A stretch of DNA of 64,000 nt from a virus, in IMG/VR virus record IMGVR_UViG_3300008516_000159; one strand, written 5' to 3'. Shown one piece after another: positions 17,932-26,748 of the stretch. Within the stretch, counting starts at the first letter, position 1, and the number at the start of each line of letters is the position of its first letter. The notes below the pieces were generated by a model that was not told the origin of the DNA, made no database searches, and saw only the letters and a list, made by a program, of their open reading frames with translations. A program made the position numbers and the translations under genes.

Positions 17932-17989
17932 CTCCCCCGGATAGACTCGAACTATCATCTCCAGCCCAAGCGGCTGGTGTCTTAAGGGA
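17932..17989 (-). pseudogene. D-arm-less tRNA-like element
   Basis: T arm GATAG-TTCGAGT-CTATC and arm CCAGC-CGCTTGG-GCTGG, but no D arm. Confidence 0.5.
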
Positions 17990-18073
17990 CGTCTCCCCAC
18001 GAAAGTAACTAACATATAAACCAACTAGTATGTTTAAATGTGTTTTCTTTCTCCATGCTAGACGACGAGAGAT

Positions 18074-18146
18074 TGGAGCTGGGGGGATTCGAACCCCCAA
18101 TATCCTGAGTGCAAATCAGGCATCTTCCCAGTTTGATCACAGCCCC
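18074..18146 (-). tRNA. tRNA-Ala(UGC)
   Basis: CCTGA-TTTGCAC-TCAGG; G3:U70. Confidence 0.92.
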
Positions 18147-18529
18147 TAGGGTAATGTTAAAGCGTATTTGGCCTGTGCGGCTTTATTTGCTAACCTAACA
18201 TGACCATTTTTGATCATATTTTCTATGATGGTGTATGACACGTGCATAACCTTGTTGATAGTACCATCCTTCATAACGGCCGCAAAAATAACCGCGTTAT
18301 CTCTTACGTAATATTCAGGTCCACTTATGTGTAGGACGCCATCAAATCTGACGTATTTGGTAAGTTTTTTAAGTTCTTCTTTTGTTATAACAGAATACGC
18401 TGGCAGCATAATCTGTTCTTTCTCGACTGGATATTTATTCCAGTCTATTTCGTAAACCTTGGCTAATTTAAAAAAATTATGTTCGGGTTTCATTGTTAGT
18501 GTGATTTCGGTAACTTCGTCCGTGTCCAT
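18146..18529 (-). CDS. Hypothetical protein with C-terminal AKxLL-like motif
   Basis: Ends KAAQAKYALTLP. Confidence 0.6.
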   Translation of the reverse strand: MDTDEVTEITLTMKPEHNFFKLAKVYEIDWNKYPVEKEQIMLPAYSVITKEELKKLTKYVRFDGVLHISGPEYYVRDNAVIFAAVMKDGTINKVMHVSYTIIENMIKNGHVRLANKAAQAKYALTLP

Positions 18530-18556
18530 GTAACGATCCTTAAAAAAAAAATATAA

Positions 18557-19410
18557 AGCCTGAGACTAGAGCTCTATATGTTAACCCTTTCATTCCCTTA
18601 CGGTTTGGGTGCTATCCAAACCTTAGGAACTTATCCACCGATCCAGGACCGGTAGGTTAACACAGCTGCTTTTTTATACTGGTAGCGGTTCCAGTGTCGC
18701 ACTGAATCACTCGGCTATCTGGGTACCGTCAGCCTTGCGAGCTGTAAAGAGGCGCTAACCTCACCGTGCTCCTTTCAACCAACCTTCCGCCGCCTTGCGA
18801 GCCTTGGAAAGTCCATATTCCCCGAAGGGTACGGAGTTGAGCTGCTTTCATCCAGCACCGGGTCAGTCTTTGCAGATATTCCAACGTATCGGAATCGAAC
18901 CGATCACATTATGCTCCTCAAGGCATACGCTCTACCAAACTGAGCTAACATTGATAAAACGGGTCACCCCGCGGCAACACCGTGCTAACCCACCAGTTTC
19001 ATAGGCTTTTGGCCTACGGAATGCCGGACGGTGCTTGTCTTTCCCTTGCCAGGTACTGAACGGTTTTTCAAGATCGATGTGCTCCCAACGCATACCGTTG
19101 GGCGGATATGCCCACCAACCTATCAAACTGCTATGAGGCGCTCACTTGCGAGGCTCGCACAACATAACTACTGTTCACTCTCCTGTTTGACCGATTTTGG
19201 TTGCAAGTAATCGATTTCCAGTCGAAAGAAATAATGCCAGTGTTACCCACATCATTTCCTGTCCTTGCTCGGCGTCCACACAAGCTCCGCGAGGACCGCG
19301 AAGCCATTGGAGTGTCAGCTTGCTTGAATTGACCATCCGAAGATGGCGACGGTCGCCAACCCGCCTTTACAGTCCTTGCGAACTGCTGTCAATGTCAAGC
19401 CACTATATAC
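18557..19410 (-). ncRNA. Giant ornate ncRNA, GOLLD-like, with embedded tRNA
   Basis: ~850 nt with no credible ORF; many GCAA/UUCG-capped hairpins; boxA-like GTTCTTTGAAA upstream; ends AGTCTCAGGC then a T run. Confidence 0.7.
18880..18954 (-). tRNA. Atypical tRNA (Leu GAG-like) with 8-nt anticodon loop
   Basis: TATGC-CTTGAGGA-GCATA; canonical D and T arms. Confidence 0.75.
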
Positions 19411-19723
19411 TTTTTTCAAAGAACAATCTTTTCTTGGAATGCAGAGTTATATATGCTTCCAGAAATAGCTTTTTTTTATCTTTTTTAATAACCGCTTATC
19501 TCAATACTTCTGGATGTTCCACAGCCAGGGCACTTAACATCAACAGAAAGTTCTCCGTGAGATCCACAAAGCTCACAAGGACTACTCCAGTGATTAAACG
19601 CAAACTCGTCAACTTTCACTCTGTGTGATTTATCACACTTGCTGCAGTGAAACTTCACAGTAATACTTTCTAAAGTGAATTCGATCTTCTTGCCTCTGGC
19701 CATGTTATCCTCCTAAGATCTAT

Positions 19724-19752
19724 ATTCTAAAGCTTTTTAGTCTTTTTGTAAA
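19724..19752 (-). promoter_or_regulatory. Sigma70-type promoter
   Basis: TTTACA-N17-TAGAAT. Confidence 0.6.
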
Positions 19753-19791
19753 GTTTTTTCTATGTCAAAGAGCTAAGACTTTTTTGTTACT

Positions 19792-19866
19792 TCGGCCATC
19801 TCAGATTCGAACTGAGGATCTCATGCTCCCAGGGCATGCGGAGTGACCAAACTCTCCTAATGGCCG
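19792..19866 (-). tRNA. tRNA-Pro(UGG), C33
   Basis: CATGC-CCTGGGA-GCATG. Confidence 0.85.
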
Positions 19867-19900
19867 TTCCAACTTTGTTTTACATAATCAATCCAATAAT

Positions 19901-19974
19901 TCGGGACGGCTGGATTCGAACCAGCGACTACCTGATCCCAGGTCAGGTGGGGTAGCCAGCTCCCCTACGCCCCG
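19901..19974 (-). tRNA. tRNA-Pro(UGG), C33, second copy
   Basis: CCTGA-CCTGGGA-TCAGG. Confidence 0.85.
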
Positions 19975-20052
19975 TGGCACGTCCGCCAGGATTCGAACCC
20001 GGAACCAACTGCTTTGGAGGCAGCCGCTCTGCGCAATTAGAGCTACGGACGC
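19975..20052 (-). tRNA. tRNA-Trp(CCA)
   Basis: GCTGC-CTCCAAA-GCAGT; encoded CCA end. Confidence 0.9.
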
Positions 20053-20136
20053 TTATTTGTTGGCGCTACAAGCAGATCTTACACTACACCATGGTAGTTA
20101 GTTTGGGATCTTGGCAGGGAAGCGCCAACTTCAGTG

Positions 20137-20211
20137 TGCCCGAGAGAGGAGTTGAACCTCCAAATTACACTGGTTCTAAGCCAGCAGCCTTTGCCATTTA
20201 GCCACTCGGGC
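20137..20211 (-). tRNA. tRNA-Leu(UAG), second copy
   Basis: GCTGG-CTTAGAA-CCAGT; short variable region. Confidence 0.88.
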
Positions 20212-20215
20212 AATA

Positions 20216-20282
20216 AGGATAGACAGGATTCGAACCTTTTCTTTCATAGCGCGCCCTTTGAAAGTTTTACCTTTGTCTATCC
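20216..20282 (-). pseudogene. Degenerate tRNA-like element
   Basis: Closing stem GGATAGAC/GTCTATCC and a GGTTCGAATCC T-loop, but a malformed anticodon arm. Confidence 0.45.
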
Positions 20283-20285
20283 ATG

Positions 20286-20357
20286 AGCGAGTGAGGGGAC
20301 TCGAACCCCTAATAAGTAGCTTGGAAGGCTACCGCCCTACCATTGGACGACACTCGC
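20286..20357 (-). tRNA. tRNA-Gly(UCC)
   Basis: GTAGC-CTTCCAA-GCTAC. Confidence 0.92.
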
Positions 20358-20555
20358 TTATTTCAAAGACCATTTATCACAGCCCCTGTTAAATATAACA
20401 TCGAGGACTAAATCTTTTTTCAAAAAACAATACTCATATACTCCAATTGGAGGACCGGCATCATCCTCTTTACAGTGCCGGCAATTACTGCATCTCTTTC
20501 CGTGCTTTAAAAGATCCTTGGCTGCATCCCTCTTCGCGTCTGACCTGCCAGTCAT
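20358..20555 (-). CDS. AKxLL-CxxC microprotein
   Basis: KRDAAKDLLKHGKRCSNC...CDKW. Confidence 0.72.
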   Translation of the reverse strand: MTGRSDAKRDAAKDLLKHGKRCSNCRHCKEDDAGPPIGVYEYCFLKKDLVLDVIFNRGCDKWSLK

Positions 20556-20697
20556 CACAATTCTTTCCTTTTTGCAGGTGCACAGTTGGTGTCGAATCGA
20601 AAAAACACATCCTAGCTCTTTGAACCACGCTAGCATACACACAATTACTGCATCCTCTTCCGTGCTTTAAAAGATCCTTGACTAATTCACGTTTCAT
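20485..20697 (-). CDS. AKxLL-CxxC microprotein
   Basis: MKRELVKDLLKHGRGCSNC...CDDW. Confidence 0.72.
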   Translation of the reverse strand: MKRELVKDLLKHGRGCSNCVYASVVQRARMCFFDSTPTVHLQKGKNCDDWQVRREEGCSQGSFKARKEMQ

Positions 20698-20900
20698 TGC
20701 CAGTATTTACATATCCCATCTACTGGAAACGCCATTGCGTATTTACCGGCATCCCCTTTTTCGTATCTACGATACTCAGAAGTGCAAAAAGCAATCGACA
20801 TACAAGTACGCCCGTCGGGGTTCAGAGCCATAAACTCACAACTCCGACACACTTTCCCGTATTTTAAAAGCCTCTTGGCTTTATTAGCAGACCGCTTCAT
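20694..20900 (-). CDS. AKxLL-CxxC microprotein
   Basis: SANKAKRLLKYGKVCRSC...CKYW. Confidence 0.75.
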   Translation of the reverse strand: MKRSANKAKRLLKYGKVCRSCEFMALNPDGRTCMSIAFCTSEYRRYEKGDAGKYAMAFPVDGICKYWQ

Positions 20901-21103
20901 TGCCAGTATTTACACACCCTCTCTTCTGGTAACGGCATAGTATCTATCAACATAAAACGGTACTTCTTCGTGAGCCTGAGTTCATGATCACAGCGATAAA
21001 AAGGCTCATCATTCACTGTGAAAGCGTGGCTATGAAACTCGCAACTCCGACACTCTTTCCCGTATCTTAAAAGATCCTTAGCTTTACTCACAGACTGTTT
21101 CAT
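20897..21103 (-). CDS. AKxLL-CxxC microprotein
   Basis: SVSKAKDLLRYGKECRSC...CKYW. Confidence 0.75.
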   Translation of the reverse strand: MKQSVSKAKDLLRYGKECRSCEFHSHAFTVNDEPFYRCDHELRLTKKYRFMLIDTMPLPEERVCKYWQ

Positions 21104-21123
21104 CGCACGATTATATATGTCGC

Positions 21124-21150
21124 AAAAAAAAACCTCCCTTTGAGGGAGGT
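21124..21150 (-). terminator. Intrinsic terminator
   Basis: ACCTCCC-TCAAA-GGGAGGT plus T run. Confidence 0.75.
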
Positions 21151-21877
21151 ATAACTATAATAGTCCGTCCCTCAGGTGCGCATAATTGGACCTACTCCGG
21201 CTATCGCGGAATGTGACCAAATAATACTAAACTGTTGCGGCTTGAGGTGTAACATATCCTTTTCCTTTTGTGTGTATTATTATCTTGGCTCTTTTTTGTC
21301 TTCGCTCTTAAAAATCAGATCAAGCAACGGGTCAAGATATGCTGCCAAACCACACAATGCTACAAATATTAATCCGACGCCAATCATTTGTATTTATCGA
21401 CCTTAGATATTTTCTCATTGCCCTTTTCAAGGTTATACTCACGGACACTACATCGCACCGCCAGTAAGATACTTATTAGGCTGCCAGACAGTTGTTTTCT
21501 GTCTGAATATATTTTTGAGTATAGTCTTGCCGCGACTATAAAAATATTGCCTTAGGAACTTAAAAGCTTTTTCATAATCTTCCAGGGTCTTGAACGGTTC
21601 TCCATGTTCAATTGGCGCTGGCATATTCGATCTTCTGGCTGCAAATGTATGCTTGCGAATGTAACCTGAGCTGGGTGTAATATAAAACCTGGATTCCATT
21701 ATTAATGTTTCGAATGTAAAAGAACCGCGACCTCTGGTCGCCTTGGGTGTAACATCACGGAAACCAGCGTCAATCAAAAGCTTATATTGCTTGCTGTTTT
21801 TAGCATCTTCATATATGCCCATTGCTTATTCCTACCCCTGCTGCTTTCACTTATAACTATCTTCGGTCTTATGAAAT

Positions 21878-22210
21878 AAAAGAGCTGGGTTGGCTAGCAA
21901 CCCAGCCCGAAATATTGCGACTTAAGAGGCTGCGCTTACGAGATCAATCGGGTTTTCCACCAGATCCCTTTAACTCGCATCCTAAGATGGGGGAAATGTA
22001 CTTCAGTCATCAACCTCAATGAGCCGGCAGGGAGGCGAATACTCACCCGTAGTCAGGTTTTTAATGCCGATATTCAACCGGGGATAGTATGGCCCTCGGC
22101 TGGAAGGGTTCGACTACTTCAGAAAACCAGTCCAAAACCTAATTCTGGATTGCATTTACTAGAAACACAACCAGTCGTATATTGTATCCATGTGCCTTTG
22201 AACCCTGCTA
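21878..22210 (-). ncRNA. Candidate ~300-nt structured RNA, unknown family
   Basis: Own sigma70 promoter, boxA-like GTTCTTTTAAA and terminator; helices GCAGGG/CCCTGC, GTAGTC/GACTAC, GAGGTTG/CAGCCTC, TCCAGAA/TTTTGGA. Confidence 0.62.
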
Positions 22211-22228
22211 TTTAAAAGAACTAATTAC

Positions 22229-22257
22229 ATTATATCAGCACATATGCGTTTTGTAAA
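22229..22257 (-). promoter_or_regulatory. Sigma70-type promoter
   Basis: TTTACA-N17-TATAAT directly upstream of the candidate ncRNA. Confidence 0.72.
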
Positions 22258-22492
22258 GCTTTTTTTTATTTTTCTTCGGAAAGGACAACCTTTTCAAGCT
22301 CTGTGATAAGCTTTTTTATTGTTTCATGTGCCTTTGAACACGCGCAAGCGATTACGTGCGGCGCGCCAGCGCCATGACCAACGCACGATGCGTGTTTCCA
22401 AAGAGTGTCAATGGCGGTCAAATAAAGCTCTACTTTTTCTTTATCTTCAACTTTTACCATTTTTATCACCTCACCTCAATATATATGTTTTG

Positions 22493-22567
22493 AGCCCGCG
22501 GCCGGATTCGAACCGACACACCCCTGTTTACGGGACAGGACTCTGACCGAGTTTGAGCTACGCGGGC
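22493..22567 (-). tRNA. tRNA-Thr(CGU), C33
   Basis: CCTGT-CCCGTAA-ACAGG. Confidence 0.85.
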
Positions 22568-23431
22568 TTGAATGTATTTACTTATCGGCTTCGGCAAATC
22601 TCTTTTCATTTTCCTTTCTTATCCTTTCCATTGTCTTTTTCCATTTCCTTTTTTTTACCTCATCAGGATCGTTTTTTTTGCCTTTGCCAACTAATTTCAT
22701 GATTTCAGTCAAGTGCTCAGTTTCGTCCTTAATGGAGCCTTCCAGATATTGTATCTTAAATTCAATATCTTCACACTTTTTTGCGATTTTAGAATCTGGC
22801 ACCCGTTTTGTGTTAATTATTTCCCATTCAATTTTTCTGAATTTATCAGACCACGAATGTCCATCCGCCTTTGTGTCTACATGTAATTCTTTTATTTCTT
22901 CAGTATCTACCTTGTCGGCATAAAGAGGGATGTATTCCCAGTCAGAGCATCCCCATGCCCAAGTGCTTCTCATCTTGAGCCATTTCATATTTACTCCTCC
23001 AATCAATATTAATAGCAGACAGACAGAATTAACTGTTATAATCTCTCGATCGTCTTGCCAGAATCATTCAACAAATACGCTTCTTGAACAGCAAGCACTC
23101 TCGTATCGCCAGAATTAAGAAAAAGATATAAGATGCTAACATATTCAGAATCTTCATTTGACAATTGAACCTGCTGACATTCATAAACAGGATATTCACC
23201 TGGTATCTCTTCGCAAGAACTTCTACCTCGTGGAACGTAAATAAGAGGAAAAACCTTACCATCCTTCATTATTCCAGAAGTAGTACTGATTTCATGAATA
23301 TCCTCTATGAATCTCCAAGTAGTTGAGCGCTCACCCAACAAATTTGTACTTTTTACTTTAAGTATCATAATCTTCCTTCCTTTCTATCTATTTTCTACCT
23401 GTCTGCTTGTTTGTTGTATACATATGTTATG

Positions 23432-23504
23432 AGCTGACGCCGGGAATCGAACCCGGGACCTGCTGATTACCGATCAGCTGCGCTACCGCCTGTGCCACGT
23501 CAGC
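23432..23504 (-). tRNA. tRNA-Thr(GGU), C33
   Basis: GCTGA-TCGGTAA-TCAGC. Confidence 0.88.
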
Positions 23505-24407
23505 TTAGTTCATTTTATGTTTTTCATTTAAGCTCTTTCGAATAGCCAGGTACTTTACCCGGGCCATGACAAAAAACATCGCGACGATACAGAGAGTTAA
23601 TACTACAATTAGACTATAGAAAGTAACCTCTATGTTCTTTGCGCTAGCCAGAAAAAAGTTGGCAATCAAAAGTGGCGAAGCACCCAACAACAACCATCCA
23701 AATCTACATTTTCGATTGTCATACCACGCATTCAACCTGTACTGCCATTTTGATATTCTCATTTTAATTAAACTTCATTCAATTGAAACCTTTTAAAGAG
23801 ATTCTCGTCAGTAATCCCAATAGACCGGCAAAACTCCATATTATGCAATTTTTCGGTCGCTTCTTCTACAGTATCCGCCTCAACGGTTATTACTGTTTTT
23901 GGCTCCACAACACCGTTTTTAAAAGCAATCGCATATGATCCTGACGAATCCGGATTCTCAAAAAGAATGGCGTATCTCACAGCTGGACCTCCTTTTAAAG
24001 CTATTTGTTCTTAGTAACGGCAAGCGTTACGTTTTTTAACTCCCAATCGTTCATTTATGTGGTTATTCAGTATAATCCCACGGCCATCCTATAAAGCCCT
24101 TGCCTTTAATGCAATGACCGATTAAACACCCAATGCCAGTACAAAACAATAGACCTATATAAATGATCATACCTATTTCCCACCATTCCATTTTATCACT
24201 CCTAATCAATCCTCTAAAATGTGCTGGTGCCAGATTGCGAAACACAAATCGCGGCGAATCGGCCCATTGGAGTGTGGCACCATCCAACGGATACTATCCA
24301 ATTTACAGTCCTCGCAATCTTGCCAATTAAAATCTTTGATATCATTATAGCGATTTAAATGCTTACAACGAGCTCTTATCGCCGCTTTCAAGAGCTGGTC
24401 CATTTCA

Positions 24408-26219
24408 CTATCTTTTTTTAAGAACATTTGAGGCTTTCGCTTCATCATACCACCATGTATCTATGAAACCCAGAGCATATTTGGGTTGTACTTTAGGCCG
24501 ACCAAACATATCCCAATATGACACTCTATAAACAGTAATGTGCCAGTGAGGTATCACATAATGTCCCCACAAAAGCACCCTGTCTAGCGCGCGGCAAGCC
24601 GTGATAAGCTCTTCTCTTGTCTTAGCGTGGATAACCTTTTCGATCAAACCATCTACCACGGGATCCTCGATACCAATGTAGTTCCCGGAACCGGACAAAT
24701 TTGCTGTATATGAACCCCACATGTTTCTCTGTTCGTTACCTGGAGAATTGCTTTGACCCCAACTACCAACTATCATGTCGAAATCGAAAGCATTTAGCCT
24801 ATTTATATATTGAGAACTATCTACCAATCTAATCTCCATCTCGATACCAACTTTTTCCAGGTTTTGTCTGAACGGCATGCTGATTCTTTCGAAACCAGGA
24901 CTAACCAGGAGGATCTCGAACTTGAACTGTTTTCCATCTTTCATAAGACGGTTTTTATCGTCCAGCACCCAACCGGCCTCTTGTAGTAAAGTCATGGCAT
25001 TTTCGAAATTGTTTCTCATATTTTTTGCGCCGCCAGTAGGAGAACTATATTCTGTTGTGAACACCTCATCTGGTAACTGATCCCTATAAGGCTCTAATAA
25101 CTTTAATTCAGACCTGCTTGGTAAATTGTAACTGGCCAATTCTGAATTAGAGAAATAGCTATGAGTTCTTTCATAGGCACCGTAGAACAACGCCTCGTTT
25201 GTCCACTCGAAGTCAAACAGATATGTCAAAGCCAATCTTACCCGCTTGTCCTTGAACAGGTCGCGACGAATATTGAAAGCGAACGATTGCATGCCTGTTG
25301 GATTTCCATTGGGTAGCTCTTCTTTTATTATGTAGCCTTTCTTGAACATCTTTCCTTCATAGGCTGTTGCCCACACTTTCGAAGTGTTCTCCATTCTGAA
25401 ATCGTATTCGCCAGATTTAAAGGCTTCGACAACCACGGTCTCATCACGGTAATATTCGTATGTTATTGTATCAAAATTGAATGTCCCTTTTCTAACAGGA
25501 ATATTCTCGCCCCAGTAATCTGTCACCCTCTCATATGTAATAGAGCGGCCGGCATTTAACATCAACACCCTGTAAGGGCCGCTTCCAACAGGAAAATCAA
25601 GACTAGTCTTGTCAAACTCGTGCTCGGTGAAATACTTTTTCTGGATAATAGATATCTGACCCATTATCAAGGGAAGCTCTCTGTTTACTTCTCCCTTTTT
25701 GAAGATGAATTTAACCTTGCGATCATTTATTTTAACAGCCTCATTTACGCTAGCGTAGTACATACGGTAAAACGGAGATGCCTTTTTTGACATAAGCATC
25801 TCAAAAGAGAATATAACATCATCAGCAGTGACCGACGTACCGTCGTGCCAACGGGCTTCCTCTCTTAGAGTAAACGCAACCCAGGAGCCGTCCTTGGGGA
25901 CCTCGATGCTTTCGGCCAATAATCCATATACTGAAAATGGCTCGTCATCGGCATTTACAGTCAATGTTTCATATATCAGACCAATACCGGCGGCGGAGTT
26001 GCCCCTTAGGATGAATGGATTGAGGCTGTCAAAAGTGCCGACCGCGGCTAAAGTAATGTCGCCTCCCTTGGGTGCATCTGGATTTACATATTCGAAATGT
26101 TTAAAATCTGCAGGATACTTAAGATCGCCATGCATGGCAAGACCGTGACTTTCGCCGGCGAATATAGGCATGGCGCTCAATAAAAACGCCAAAAAACCAA
26201 CGATACATAATGTTTTCAT
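24408..26219 (-). CDS. ABC transporter family 5 extracellular solute-binding protein (YejA-like)
   Basis: Signal peptide, then HGLAMHGDLKYPADFKHFEYVNPDAPKGG, FDSLNPF, WGQSNSPGNEQ. Confidence 0.92.
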   Translation of the reverse strand: MKTLCIVGFLAFLLSAMPIFAGESHGLAMHGDLKYPADFKHFEYVNPDAPKGGDITLAAVGTFDSLNPFILRGNSAAGIGLIYETLTVNADDEPFSVYGLLAESIEVPKDGSWVAFTLREEARWHDGTSVTADDVIFSFEMLMSKKASPFYRMYYASVNEAVKINDRKVKFIFKKGEVNRELPLIMGQISIIQKKYFTEHEFDKTSLDFPVGSGPYRVLMLNAGRSITYERVTDYWGENIPVRKGTFNFDTITYEYYRDETVVVEAFKSGEYDFRMENTSKVWATAYEGKMFKKGYIIKEELPNGNPTGMQSFAFNIRRDLFKDKRVRLALTYLFDFEWTNEALFYGAYERTHSYFSNSELASYNLPSRSELKLLEPYRDQLPDEVFTTEYSSPTGGAKNMRNNFENAMTLLQEAGWVLDDKNRLMKDGKQFKFEILLVSPGFERISMPFRQNLEKVGIEMEIRLVDSSQYINRLNAFDFDMIVGSWGQSNSPGNEQRNMWGSYTANLSGSGNYIGIEDPVVDGLIEKVIHAKTREELITACRALDRVLLWGHYVIPHWHITVYRVSYWDMFGRPKVQPKYALGFIDTWWYDEAKASNVLKKR

Positions 26220-26748
26220 ATTTTCCCTCATCTTTTCTTGCTCCAATGGTTAACTCGTGAAACACTAAACACAATGGAGCCAAGACATAATATTAACACC
26301 ACAAAACAACAAAAAGGATCTACGCTGTTGAACCTTGCTTCAATATTTAATATGACGAACACGATCAACCATGGGAAAAACAAAAGGAGTGTGTTACAAA
26401 ATTTTCTGTAGCTGCTCAGACCATCGTACCATATGTTATATTTCTGAAAGAATTTTTTAATTGTCAACGGTAACTACCTTCATTTGCCGACCAATACAAT
26501 TCTATACCAAGAATTCGAGCTCTTGTGTCCGCACATTCAGGGCAGAGCAGGCCAGCTTCACCTTCTTTGGGTGTTATTATTTTCCATACTTCATCAGGTA
26601 CAAGGTAGACTGTTTCATATGCTTTGCCACAAACCTGACAATGTTCCATAGTACCTAAAGAGTCCTCATCCAAAGTTGTTCCATCCCATTGATCCATCAG
26701 CCTAACAAGTTTTTCCTTCTTGACATTTAGCTAGTTTCATCTAACTAG

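Noticed and set aside
18557-19410. CRISPR array from repeated CTCGCAAG motifs
   Set aside because: The repeats are short tetraloop hairpins with irregular spacing, not 25-45-nt repeats with uniform spacers. No cas genes are present.
18795-19628. ORFs 18795..19004, 18932..19126 and 19197..19628
   Set aside because: They overlap the structured RNA and tRNA, lack SD or promoter context, and have non-protein-like composition.
16479-21103. Diversity-generating retroelement as the source of the microprotein variation
   Set aside because: There is no reverse transcriptase, and the paralogs differ by indels and all base types, not adenine-specific changes between a template and variable repeat.
21822-22022. 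Plus-strand 66-aa ORF
   Set aside because: It is antisense to the candidate ncRNA and crosses its terminator, so it is probably a shadow ORF.
21878-22210. tmRNA or c-di-AMP riboswitch call
   Set aside because: There is no GGGG..GGNTTCGAC 5' end or TTCGA..CCA acceptor, and only a fragment (CTCGTAAGC) resembles the riboswitch.
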